Source: a virus
Lineage: Duplodnaviria > Caudoviricetes
IMG/VR virus record: IMGVR_UViG_3300044961_000667
Strand: one strand, 5' to 3'
Length of the DNA stretch: 64,000 nucleotides
The notes beneath the pieces were generated by a model, which saw nothing but the letters and a program-made list of their open reading frames with translations, searched no databases and had not been told where the DNA came from. Shown here one piece after another: positions 42,014 to 51,209 of this stretch. The stretch's first letter is position 1; the number at the start of each line of letters is the position of its first letter. The translations under genes and the position numbers were made by a program.

Positions 42014-44254
42014 CTACAGCGCGCTCACCGCGAGCACGCCCTTCGTGATGATCTGTTCCGGCGCGATCACCACGTCGCCATCCGACGTGATGAGCCCTGG
42101 CAAGACGACGCCCAGGTAGTTGCGAGTCAGGTCGAACTTGATGTTCAAGTACCTCAACCCAGGAATCCCACCAAGCGCATCACCGATCGTCGCGTCGTAC
42201 ATCTCCGCGATGCGCAGCGCCTGGCCGAACTCCTTGTCCTTCAAGACGGTCTCCAACGCAGCCGTCACGTTGGAAACAACCTCCTGTTTCACGAAGCCGT
42301 CGAGCACGGACACCTTCACGGTGGTGTCGACCAGCACCAGCGTCGGGCTGCCGTCCAGCACCTCGACGGTGACGGTCGCCTCCTTGCGCTCGTCCAGGAA
42401 GGTCTGCAGCGACGTGATGAGCGCCAGACTCGGACCCTGCAGGAATCCGTTGACGTCTCTCGTCAGGATCGGAACCTGAATCAGGTTCACCTTGCACATC
42501 TCCGACAACATCCCGTCGACGTGGGCGTACAGGGCGTCGGAAATGGCAGTCAACGACGTGGTCGGGTCGACCACGGCCGCCAGCGCAGCATCGGCCGCCG
42601 TCTTCTGCGCATTCGCGTCCGCGGTCACCACGGCAGCATCAGCGACGACGACTGCGTTCACCGGAGAAATCGCCGCTGCCGACACGATGATGCTGTCGTT
42701 GGCCGTGTCGATGTCGTTGGCGAGACTGTTGATGCCGCTCGCATCGGTGCCGTTGAGCGCGTTCGCCTCTGAAGCGATGACGCTCTGCGCGGTCGCGATC
42801 AGCGCGTTGCTGTTGTTGATGACGAGCTTCTGCGCCGAGATGATCGCGAGCTGCGCCTGGATGGTCGCGTTGTTCACCTGGAGCGTCGGGTTCGCCTGGA
42901 TGGTCGTAACCGCAGTCGCGATCGCAGCCGCCGCCGCGTCACTGAGTCCCGACTCCGTCGTGGTGGTGAACGTCTTCGAGACGATGACGTCGCGGTGGTT
43001 GCTGATCGACGTGACGAACGCCTTGATGGCCGCGACGTCGGTCGCGATGTCACCAGTCTGCGCAGTGACAGCCGCAGCGTGGCCGTTGACGATGCCGGCG
43101 TTGGCAGTGATCGCCGTCGCCTTCGCAATTTCCTCGTCGGCCTTCGTCTTGATGATCCCGGTCTGCGTGGTGACCGCAGGAACCGAACCGACCGCCACGG
43201 TCGCAGCCTGAGCCAGGAGCACATTCAGCAGCGTGTCCTGCTGGGCAGAACGCACCACAACCGCCTTCGCCTTCGCCACCTTGCCAGCGAGCGGATCCGC
43301 GAACGTGTTGGGCAGCGCGTAGTAGTCGCTCTCCACCACCGCGACGTCACGCGCCTTGAACGTGATGGGCGCGAAGATGCGAGCGTGATCGAGCGTCTCC
43401 GGATCATCTCCGCCAGAGGCGTTCTTCGCGTTGGTCACACCCAACGCGATGCGCTGGAAACTGACGACCAGCGGCGCGACGACGTCGTTGATCGACCCGC
43501 TGGTCGCCTGCCCAGCCTTGCCCGAGGTGATGACGTACACCACGCGGACTTCGGCGCCCCGGGCCGGGATGTTGCCGGCGACACCGTCACCGAAGCGAAC
43601 CGACGGGGGCTCGTCGCTGTAGCCGATCTCGTACTGGTTCGTCTGATCGAACGTGATGAAGTCGCTCTCGGTCCACTCCACGCCAGCGACGTAGGTCGTC
43701 ACCGCCGCCGAAGCGACGTACTTCCCGCTCGGAACCTGCGCCAACCCGAACACCTGGTTGGGCGTGCCGTTCGAGGTGAAGATCTCGACCTTCGTCTGCC
43801 CTTCACGGACCGACACGGTCTTCACCGTCTGCCCAGCGGAATACGTCACCGCCTGCGTGCTCTCGAAGATCAGTCCGTTCGGACCCTTGAACTGGAAGCC
43901 CTTGGGGATCACCACGTCGAACAGGTACGGACCAGAGGTCAACGTCACCGTGAGGTCGACCGACGAGGCAATCGCCCCGTCCATCTTGTACCCCAGCTGC
44001 CTCGTCAGCTTGGAGACTGCCTTCCGAAGGATCGAGGTCGCGAGGTACGTGTCGGTGGCCTGGCGGTCCGTGTAGAAGCTGAGCCCGTCCACCACGTAGG
44101 CGAACAAGTCGATCAGCATCCCTCCGACGCCCGACGTGTAGAAGTCGTTGAAGTCGGCGGCGAACTTCTCCTTCGCTCGCTGAACAAGCTCGTCGTACGC
44201 GGACGGGAAGTCCTTGCCGGCGTACCGCACTCTGACGATGTCCCCGGTGGCCAT
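42014..44254 (-). CDS. Baseplate wedge subunit (gpJ/T4 gp6-like) with long helical insertion
   Basis: Y.GKDF…GMLIDLFAY…FGDG..G.IP…Y..TSG..G…GGDDPET…RDVAV…DY. Confidence 0.85.
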   Translation of the reverse strand: MATGDIVRVRYAGKDFPSAYDELVQRAKEKFAADFNDFYTSGVGGMLIDLFAYVVDGLSFYTDRQATDTYLATSILRKAVSKLTRQLGYKMDGAIASSVDLTVTLTSGPYLFDVVIPKGFQFKGPNGLIFESTQAVTYSAGQTVKTVSVREGQTKVEIFTSNGTPNQVFGLAQVPSGKYVASAAVTTYVAGVEWTESDFITFDQTNQYEIGYSDEPPSVRFGDGVAGNIPARGAEVRVVYVITSGKAGQATSGSINDVVAPLVVSFQRIALGVTNAKNASGGDDPETLDHARIFAPITFKARDVAVVESDYYALPNTFADPLAGKVAKAKAVVVRSAQQDTLLNVLLAQAATVAVGSVPAVTTQTGIIKTKADEEIAKATAITANAGIVNGHAAAVTAQTGDIATDVAAIKAFVTSISNHRDVIVSKTFTTTTESGLSDAAAAAIATAVTTIQANPTLQVNNATIQAQLAIISAQKLVINNSNALIATAQSVIASEANALNGTDASGINSLANDIDTANDSIIVSAAAISPVNAVVVADAAVVTADANAQKTAADAALAAVVDPTTSLTAISDALYAHVDGMLSEMCKVNLIQVPILTRDVNGFLQGPSLALITSLQTFLDERKEATVTVEVLDGSPTLVLVDTTVKVSVLDGFVKQEVVSNVTAALETVLKDKEFGQALRIAEMYDATIGDALGGIPGLRYLNIKFDLTRNYLGVVLPGLITSDGDVVIAPEQIITKGVLAVSAL

Positions 44255-44258
44255 TTCT

Positions 44259-44627
44259 CTACCTCGGGATCAGCACTTCCAGCGGATCCCGCTGAAGTCC
44301 GTTGATGGCGTAGACGATGGTGGTCAACACCCCCTCGTCTTCCTTGTCTTCTACGACCAGGTCAAGAAGCGTCACCCTCGGCTCGTTCTCCGAGATCGCC
44401 TTCAGCACGGTCCGGGCGATGAGCGCGTTGAGGGCCGGCCCCTTGTTCTCGAACACGAGCGTCTGCGCATCGCATCCGGCCGACGGGCGCATCACTCGCT
44501 CGAAGCGCCCGGTCAGAACGATCTGTTCGAGCGACTCGCGGACGAGCTGCTCGTCGACGGCGGTCTCTGGATAGCCACCGCCCCCCTTCCTGAACGGGAA
44601 CGAGATGCCGACGAATCGAGCCGGCAT
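44259..44627 (-). CDS. Baseplate gp25/GPW-like protein
   Basis: GISFPF…VRESLEQIVLT…ERVMRP..GC…ENEPRV. Confidence 0.88.
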   Translation of the reverse strand: MPARFVGISFPFRKGGGGYPETAVDEQLVRESLEQIVLTGRFERVMRPSAGCDAQTLVFENKGPALNALIARTVLKAISENEPRVTLLDLVVEDKEDEGVLTTIVYAINGLQRDPLEVLIPR

Positions 44628-45005
44628 TTAGCCTCCAGCCAACACGCGAATGGGCACCGCAGCCGTGCCAGGGTTGGACACGTACAACTGATTGACCTGC
44701 CCCCCGATGATCGACACGCCGGAGAGCACCATCTGTGGCGCGGTCGGGCTGTTGATCCGAACGACCAGCGACGGGGCGCCGCACTTGATGAGCGCCTTCT
44801 TCACCGTCACGTTCGAGGCTGCGAGGTCGATCAGGTAGTCGACTGCTGCCGCCGAGATGTCGACCGTGATGTCGAACTTCTCGGTGATCGTGGTGCTCTC
44901 GTCGAACACCTCCTTGGCCTCGTCGACCTCCCCCACCGATTCGTAGATGGCGAACTTCCCGAGGCCGCTGTTCTTGTCCCCGGTGAACTTGATCGACTTG
45001 GCCAT
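44628..45005 (-). CDS. Hypothetical protein
   Basis: 125 aa in baseplate cluster. Confidence 0.65.
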   Translation of the reverse strand: MAKSIKFTGDKNSGLGKFAIYESVGEVDEAKEVFDESTTITEKFDITVDISAAAVDYLIDLAASNVTVKKALIKCGAPSLVVRINSPTAPQMVLSGVSIIGGQVNQLYVSNPGTAAVPIRVLAGG

Positions 45006-45020
45006 CGCACCCGTCCTTGC

Positions 45021-45032
45021 GCAATCGATTGC
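45021..45032. promoter_or_regulatory. GCAATCGATTGC palindrome copy 6
   Basis: 15 nt upstream of ATG 45005; extended GCGCAATCGATTGCGC. Confidence 0.7.
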
Positions 45033-45092
45033 GCTGCCCCGGAATCAGGGCTGCGACGGCAAGCTACCACGGCAACCTCAGCTCTTCATCCG

Positions 45093-45581
45093 TCACTGCA
45101 CTGGCTGCGGCAGCGGCCCGAACTGAACGAGGACTGTGCGGGTGCAGGCGTCGAGCGCAGTGGCCTGTGAATCGGCAAACCCGTCGTCGGAGTCGGTCTT
45201 CAAGTAGATCGCCGTGAGTGCCGCGATCAACGCCGCCACCCCCACCGGAGGAGTCGCCACTCCCGGCAACACGAATGGTGGGTTCGGAACAGCTCCAGGC
45301 GTGAATGGCGTGCCTCCCCAATAGGCCAGCAGCCCACTCCCCCACGCTGCGGCCACCACGGCCGGCACGCCAATCGGAATGCTGAGTACGCCCTGGAGCA
45401 CACCCTGGAGTGCCTGCTTGCGGCCAGCGGCGATAATGACGCCTCCGTTCGGCGTGATCGCTTGCGAAGCATACGCGTCGTAGATCGACGCCCACTTGCT
45501 CGCCAGCTCCGCCCTGTCCTTCGGCTTGTTCCGGCCGAGCTGGGCGAACTGGAGCTGCATCGCTGCCTTGATCAGCGGCAC
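45093..45581 (-). CDS. Hypothetical protein following spike gene
   Basis: 162 aa, GAGGAGG RBS. Confidence 0.65.
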   Translation of the reverse strand: MPLIKAAMQLQFAQLGRNKPKDRAELASKWASIYDAYASQAITPNGGVIIAAGRKQALQGVLQGVLSIPIGVPAVVAAAWGSGLLAYWGGTPFTPGAVPNPPFVLPGVATPPVGVAALIAALTAIYLKTDSDDGFADSQATALDACTRTVLVQFGPLPQPVQ

Positions 45582-45591
45582 GGACTCCTCC

Positions 45592-46422
45592 TCACTTCAA
45601 CTTCACCTTCTGAGAGAGCGTGGTGGCGAGTGTGGCCGCCTGGGTCGGTGGGCCGGTGGGGCCCACTGCCGACGGGTGCGTGTGCTGCTCCAGCCACGAC
45701 TTGAGATCGTCTCCGCGTACCGCAGCGTTATCCGCGCCGTCCGCGATCGTGACGTTCCCCGCCTTGATGTTGCAGTTGGCTGCCTTGTCGATCACCACGT
45801 CCTTGCTGGTGCTGATCTTCACGCCGTTCGAGTCCATCACGACGATGTTGTCGTTGGCGTCCTTGACCTCGATCTTCTTGTTCTCGTCGTCGAACGCGAG
45901 CTTGTTCCCAGCCGGCGTCTCAACCTCGACGCTCTTGTTCTTGAGGAACGTGAGCTTCGCTCCATCCTTGTGCTTGAGCAGGATCTCCAGCTTGTCCTCG
46001 GTGTCAGTGAACAGCAGCTGGTGGCCGCCAGGAGTCACGATGCCCCGAACCGTGGGCGGCTTCTTGTCTTCGTGCTTCATCTCCTCCGGAAGGTCGTCCT
46101 TCTTCCACCATCCGCCGAGGTAGAACGGATGCTTCGTGTTCCCCTCCTCGAAGCCGACGATGACGTAGTCGTCCTTGTCGGGCGGGAAGAACAGCCCTCT
46201 GTTGGTCCCGCCCATCAACGAAACCGGATACGCCCAGTCGAGCACACCAGTCTTGCTCACCGCGGGACAGATCACTCGAACGCGCCCTTGGTTCTCCGGG
46301 TCGATCGAAGTGACAACCTGCGCTCGGTACAGGCTGTAGTAACGATTGAACACGAACACCAAGCCGAACCTGGAGACCAGGTCGCGCAGCCTCGTGATCG
46401 GGTCCTCAAGGAAGGCCATCAC
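45592..46422 (-). CDS. Baseplate spike (gpV/gp5 OB-fold)
   Basis: YRAQV…DPENQGRVRV…WA.P…FFPP…V.VGFEEG…YLGG; C-terminal HTH metal site. Confidence 0.88.
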   Translation of the reverse strand: MMAFLEDPITRLRDLVSRFGLVFVFNRYYSLYRAQVVTSIDPENQGRVRVICPAVSKTGVLDWAYPVSLMGGTNRGLFFPPDKDDYVIVGFEEGNTKHPFYLGGWWKKDDLPEEMKHEDKKPPTVRGIVTPGGHQLLFTDTEDKLEILLKHKDGAKLTFLKNKSVEVETPAGNKLAFDDENKKIEVKDANDNIVVMDSNGVKISTSKDVVIDKAANCNIKAGNVTIADGADNAAVRGDDLKSWLEQHTHPSAVGPTGPPTQAATLATTLSQKVKLK

Positions 46423-47792
46423 GCGCCTCCTGGCGTCACGTCGACGGTCTTCGAGTCACCCGACAGATTCGATGCCTCAGCGTTCACCGAAGGCCCGCTC
46501 GTCTCGGGGATGTCAGCAACGCTTGGCGTGCCAGAACGCTGCAGCTCGAAGCTCGACTCGTACCCACCTCGCCCGAGGACGTGCGTCACCTTCATCACCT
46601 GGTACTGGCCGTCGAACCGAGTCACGCCGGTCTTCACCTGCACCTGCTCCCCCGGCAGCACGAAGGGAATGCCAGGGGTCGAACACTCGGCCTTGATGTT
46701 CATCAGCCCCGCATCGGTGACTTCCTTCTGCAGCGAACTGGAAGCACTGACTTCTCTCGCGCTGACGAAGGTCTTCTTCCCGTCCTCGGTATCGGGGTTG
46801 AACGTCCGATCGGCAGGAGCCGTAGGCCCCTGTGCACCAGCGTCCACCGGAATCGACGGGTTCTGCTTGCTGCCGATCGTCGTCGACCCTTCCACGGTTC
46901 CCGCAAAGTCAGTCGCCTCGCCGGAGTTCGGATCGATGTCCGTCGCACTCACTCCACGGCCGACGCCAGGCAACCACAGCGAGGTAGTCTGCACGTTGAA
47001 CGTGTACATCGGGTACACGCCATCGCCGAGCTGTCCCTTTACGTCGCTGAACGAAGTCTTCTGCGAGCCCGGCAGGTACACGAAAGTCCGCGACGGCTTT
47101 TGCTTCGCGAGCACATCCGCCGGCACCACACGCAGCACATCGCCCTCAGTCCACATATAGCAGCCGGCGTTCTGTGCCAGACTCATAATAAACTGCCAGT
47201 CATTGAAACCCGACTGCACAATCGTCGGGTGCTTCTCATTCAGCGCATCGTTCGCGACGATCGTGCTCGCACCGTCGACGATCGTCTTCAGCGAGTGCTT
47301 CTGAGCGATCTCCTCGATGACCTCTTTCGGCGACACAGACGCTGGACCGTCTTCCGCGTTCTCGCGCTTCTCATCGGGGTACACCTTGTCAGCCGAGGTT
47401 CGCCCCATCACGAACCCGAAGCCGTTGCCATTCAACGTGACGGTGACGTCGTCGCCAAACTGCACCGAAGGCTGCATCATCGTCACGTACGTCCAAGGGA
47501 CGAGAGGCGTCCCGACGTAGCCGAACCTCACGGCCAGCGTGGCGCCCTTGTCGACCAGATCCGACTCCAGTAGCTCGACCGCTTCCCTGAAGGGCGGGTT
47601 CAGGGTCATCGTGACGATGGTGTTCATGCCCAGCCCCACCTCGATCGTCACCTCAACCAAGTACGGCAGGTACCCACCTCCAGAGTCGGTCGTGTACGTC
47701 TGCCCGGTCCCGTTCTTCGGGAACAGCTCGACGATGCGTCCGCCGGCGTGGATCTGAGCAAGGATGACGAAGCCACTGAAGTCGATCGCCAT
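46419..47792 (-). CDS. Baseplate hub protein (gpD/gp27-like)
   Basis: VRFGY…Q….DWQFI..LA…G.P.V.PG…RFDGQY.V.KV.H…GY.S.F. Confidence 0.82.
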   Translation of the reverse strand: MAIDFSGFVILAQIHAGGRIVELFPKNGTGQTYTTDSGGGYLPYLVEVTIEVGLGMNTIVTMTLNPPFREAVELLESDLVDKGATLAVRFGYVGTPLVPWTYVTMMQPSVQFGDDVTVTLNGNGFGFVMGRTSADKVYPDEKRENAEDGPASVSPKEVIEEIAQKHSLKTIVDGASTIVANDALNEKHPTIVQSGFNDWQFIMSLAQNAGCYMWTEGDVLRVVPADVLAKQKPSRTFVYLPGSQKTSFSDVKGQLGDGVYPMYTFNVQTTSLWLPGVGRGVSATDIDPNSGEATDFAGTVEGSTTIGSKQNPSIPVDAGAQGPTAPADRTFNPDTEDGKKTFVSAREVSASSSLQKEVTDAGLMNIKAECSTPGIPFVLPGEQVQVKTGVTRFDGQYQVMKVTHVLGRGGYESSFELQRSGTPSVADIPETSGPSVNAEASNLSGDSKTVDVTPGGA

Positions 47793-47798
47793 GCGCCC

Positions 47799-48104
47799 TT
47801 ACCTCTGGAAGAGGACGCCGAACACGAAGCGACCAGACGGAATCCGAATCTCCATGCCTCGCTGAAGCTCGACGTCGGGCAGTCGAATCTCGTTCGCGAC
47901 CGCGATGATCCACCCCAAGTACGGGGTCGCGTAGAATCGCTGTGAGATCGTGTCGAGGCGATCCCGCTCCTGCACGATGTACATCAAGTCGTCTTCCTGG
48001 ACCGGAATGCTCACCGGCTCCTGTAGCTCCCAGAACTCGACGTTGCTCACGTTGCGGAGCGTCGCGAAGCCCATTCTCGACGTCTTCAGGATGTTGACGG
48101 CCAT
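47799..48104 (-). CDS. LysM-domain baseplate protein (gpX/gp53-like)
   Basis: YIVQERDRLDTISQRFY…WIIAVANEI…GMEIRIP. Confidence 0.85.
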   Translation of the reverse strand: MAVNILKTSRMGFATLRNVSNVEFWELQEPVSIPVQEDDLMYIVQERDRLDTISQRFYATPYLGWIIAVANEIRLPDVELQRGMEIRIPSGRFVFGVLFQR

Positions 48105-48107
48105 GGC

Positions 48108-50225
48108 TTACGTCCCCAGTGCCGAAGCAGCTTTCGCCTGCTTCGCCTTGAAGGCCCGATCGAACTCCTTCATGTCGACCTGGATCACCACGGGCCGGTC
48201 GGCCAACTTCGAGATGGTGCTCACCGCCGCCGAGTCCAGCGTCGTGCTGGTCGGCTGGACCGACATCTGCGGCTTGGGCTGAGGAGGCAACAGGCCGGGC
48301 GTCGAATTCTGCTGCGAGAACGACTGCGTCGGCGCCTGCTGAGGAGGAAGCGGCTTCACGACGCCCGGCGCACCACCCTGAGGCACCCCCTGAGGCTTCG
48401 TCAGCGGGTTGTGCGTCATGTCGTAGTACCAGTCCGACATCTTCCCGCCGATGTCGACCGCCTGCTTGGCGCCCTTCTGCATCGCGCCGATCATCCCGCC
48501 GCTGGCCACGTTGACGATCTTGCCGAGAATCGTGTCCTGATCGACGAGCGCCTTCAGCGCCGCCCAGATCAGCCCTCCGATGCCCTTCGCGAGCCCAACG
48601 AAGAGCGGCGTCCAGTCCACCTTCCCCAGGAGGTCTCCAACCTTCTCCACGCCAGCGGCGAGGACGGCATCGAACTTCTGCCCGTTCTCCTTGCTCGTGA
48701 GGAACTTCCAGAAGTCCTGCGCCAACCCCACCAGTCCGTCCCACAGGTACTGCCAGGGGAACGACTCCTTGATGATGCCCCAGATCTCCTTGAACGCCGC
48801 GCCCACCGAGTCGACCAGGTTCCCGAACGCGGCCTTCACTGCCTCCGCCTTGGGCTTCATGTCCCCAGGGAAGACGACGTTGATCAGCTCGGCAAGGCGC
48901 TCAACCGGCCCGCCCTTCTTCGCCAACGGCGTGATGACGTTGTTCAGGAACTTCATGCCGACGTTCACCAGCGGCCGGAACGCGACCTCCAGCTTCAGCA
49001 GCATCGCTCCCAGGCGCATCTTCATCGCCTGCATCCCGCGCTCGATGCGCTCCGCGTACGCGGCTTTCTTCGCCTCGGCCTCCTGCTGCTTCATCAGGCC
49101 AGCGGACTTCGCGAGCGCCTTCGGGAGATCCTTCCCGAAGACACCCTGCACCTTGCCCCAGCCCTTGTAGATGAGCTGGGTCGTCTTCGGCCCGAACGAC
49201 TTCTCGATGAAGGTGCGCAGTCGCGCCTGTTCACCCTGCGAGAGCTTCGACGCTTTCCCGACGACGTTGGACATCTGGGAGATGAACTGCACCGGGTCCT
49301 GGGCACCCTCCTTGACCGACTTCATGCCCTTGCCGACGTCGCGGAAGAGAACCGACAGATCTTCCGTGAGCCCGCCCAGGCCATCGCCAAGCCCTGCGAA
49401 CGCCTGCGACATCTCCTTCGAGTTGGAGGCCATCAGCTCGAAGAACTCCGTCGCCTGCCCAGCAGCTTCCTCCGCCGGCAGCCCGAGCCCCTTCGTGAAG
49501 GCCGCGCCCAGCTGCAGCACCGACAGCGAGGTCTTCTTCATCTGGTCGGGGGTCAGCTTCAGGAACGACAACTTGTCCTGCACGTTCAGCATGATCTTCG
49601 GCAGGTTCTCGATGCCGATGGGGATGTTGCCGAACGCCTTCTGCGTGGCCAGGGCCTGATCCATCAGCCCCTCCATCGCCTTGTCAGTGAGCCCGATGCT
49701 CGTCTTCGCCGTCTCGAAACTGCCGACCTGCTGAGGCGACATGCCGAACGTCTTCATCACGGAGACGGTCTTGCCGAGCTTCTTCATCGCCTCGTCGAAG
49801 CCGATGCCGGTGGACAGCAGCTCCTTCAGAACCTCGCGCGACTCGTCGAACTCCGCACCGGTGCCAGTGCTGGCCTTGATGATCTCCGAGTTGGCACGCC
49901 TCATCTGGTCGGCAGTCAGCCCAGCCTGGGCGCCCAGGAGGGCGCTCTTCTTGTTGAAGTCGAGCAGCAACCCTCGACCTTCGCGAGCCATGTCGACCAA
50001 CCCGCTGACGATGCTGGCGATGCCGCCGGCGATCATGGTGAGCCCGCCCGTGGTGAGGCCGGCAACCATTCCTCCCAGCGCCAGGCCCGCCGATGCGGCT
50101 CCCTTGGCCAGCCCACCGACCTGAGTCGTGACGGCGCCGACGGCCTTGCCCAGCTTCTTCACGACGGCGGTCATGGAGTCTTTGGCGGTGTAGACAACGC
50201 CAAAGCCGACGTCTTTCTGGCTCAT
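48108..50225 (-). CDS. Tape measure protein (705 aa)
   Basis: Helical A/G/K-rich protein directly after the chaperone genes. Confidence 0.85.
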   Translation of the reverse strand: MSQKDVGFGVVYTAKDSMTAVVKKLGKAVGAVTTQVGGLAKGAASAGLALGGMVAGLTTGGLTMIAGGIASIVSGLVDMAREGRGLLLDFNKKSALLGAQAGLTADQMRRANSEIIKASTGTGAEFDESREVLKELLSTGIGFDEAMKKLGKTVSVMKTFGMSPQQVGSFETAKTSIGLTDKAMEGLMDQALATQKAFGNIPIGIENLPKIMLNVQDKLSFLKLTPDQMKKTSLSVLQLGAAFTKGLGLPAEEAAGQATEFFELMASNSKEMSQAFAGLGDGLGGLTEDLSVLFRDVGKGMKSVKEGAQDPVQFISQMSNVVGKASKLSQGEQARLRTFIEKSFGPKTTQLIYKGWGKVQGVFGKDLPKALAKSAGLMKQQEAEAKKAAYAERIERGMQAMKMRLGAMLLKLEVAFRPLVNVGMKFLNNVITPLAKKGGPVERLAELINVVFPGDMKPKAEAVKAAFGNLVDSVGAAFKEIWGIIKESFPWQYLWDGLVGLAQDFWKFLTSKENGQKFDAVLAAGVEKVGDLLGKVDWTPLFVGLAKGIGGLIWAALKALVDQDTILGKIVNVASGGMIGAMQKGAKQAVDIGGKMSDWYYDMTHNPLTKPQGVPQGGAPGVVKPLPPQQAPTQSFSQQNSTPGLLPPQPKPQMSVQPTSTTLDSAAVSTISKLADRPVVIQVDMKEFDRAFKAKQAKAASALGT

Positions 50226-50245
50226 CAGCTCACCTCGTCAGCGTT

Positions 50246-50410
50246 CTATCGCCTCGACCGCTCTTCTTCGAGGTCCATCTTACGCTGCAAGAGGCGCTTC
50301 CGTCGCATGACGGGGATGGCCATGGTCTCCGCCGGCGTCCATCCCCACATTTCGGCGAAGTAGAAGACCTCTGCTTCTAGGGCTTCGACGTCGCCGACGG
50401 GAAGAAAAAA
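50246..50410 (-). CDS. -1 frame extension of tail assembly chaperone (GT product)
   Basis: T TTT TTC slippery heptamer at 50404-50410; -1 frame continues FLPVGDVEALEAEVFYFAEMWGWTPAETMAIPVMRRKRLL. Confidence 0.7.
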   Translation of the reverse strand, partial: FFLPVGDVEALEAEVFYFAEMWGWTPAETMAIPVMRRKRLLQRKMDLEEERSRR

Positions 50411-51129
50411 CTCGGCTCCGACGGGCTCACCTCGATCTCGAACTCGTGCTGGCACGAGACGCACGTCGCCTCGACATCGGTCTCGAACTCCGCCTCAGTC
50501 CCACGCCACTGATCGCGGATGAAGTTGCGCTCCGAGGACGGCAGCGCACGCAGCTCGTCGTGGCCCGGCTTCTTGCCGTCGATCTTGGACACCCGCAGCT
50601 CCATCGCGAGCGTGGCGACCTCGGTCTTCATCTTGGCCGACTTCTCGGCGGCCTCCTTCTGCTCGACGCCCGTCATCACCTTCATCTCGACGAGGCGGCC
50701 ACGAGGAGTCTTCACCTCGTACACCCGACGTCCAGGATCCTTGGCCGGGTGACGCTCCAAGGTGTCGAGGTCGATCTGCTTCCACTGCTTCTGCTTGCAG
50801 TTCGGGCACTCCACCTGGAACCGGTAGAGCGAGCCACACGACACCTTGCGAATCTCCACGAGCAGCTGCGAACGATCGGCGACCGGCAGAGACAGCACCA
50901 TCGTCGAGATGACGCCCTTGTCCTTCACGCCGTCGAAGTCGATCACGCAGTTGCTCATGATCTCCTGCAACTTGTCGAACAGCGTCTTTCCCGACGAGGT
51001 GATGATGTCCTCCTCGACGCCGGTCATCTCAGAAATGGTCACCTTCCTCAGGAGCGTGCCGTCGTCCTTCCGGTAGCCCGACAGCAGCTCGAAAGAGGCG
51101 ACGCTCGACTTGGCTTCTTCGGAGATCAT
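50377..51129 (-). CDS. Tail assembly chaperone with CxxC motifs
   Basis: EMTGVEED…DR..LLVEIR…CPNC…CVSC; position between tube and TMP. Confidence 0.75.
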   Translation of the reverse strand: MISEEAKSSVASFELLSGYRKDDGTLLRKVTISEMTGVEEDIITSSGKTLFDKLQEIMSNCVIDFDGVKDKGVISTMVLSLPVADRSQLLVEIRKVSCGSLYRFQVECPNCKQKQWKQIDLDTLERHPAKDPGRRVYEVKTPRGRLVEMKVMTGVEQKEAAEKSAKMKTEVATLAMELRVSKIDGKKPGHDELRALPSSERNFIRDQWRGTEAEFETDVEATCVSCQHEFEIEVSPSEPSFFFPSATSKP

Positions 51130-51151
51130 TCGCTGGTCCTCGCTTGCGTGC

Positions 51152-51163
51152 GCAATCGATTGC
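51152..51163. promoter_or_regulatory. GCAATCGATTGC palindrome copy 7
   Basis: 22 nt upstream of ATG 51129. Confidence 0.7.
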
Positions 51164-51209
51164 GCTCACACCCGAAGCCCTAGCTTCCTTGACCGTCTGT
51201 GTCCAGACG

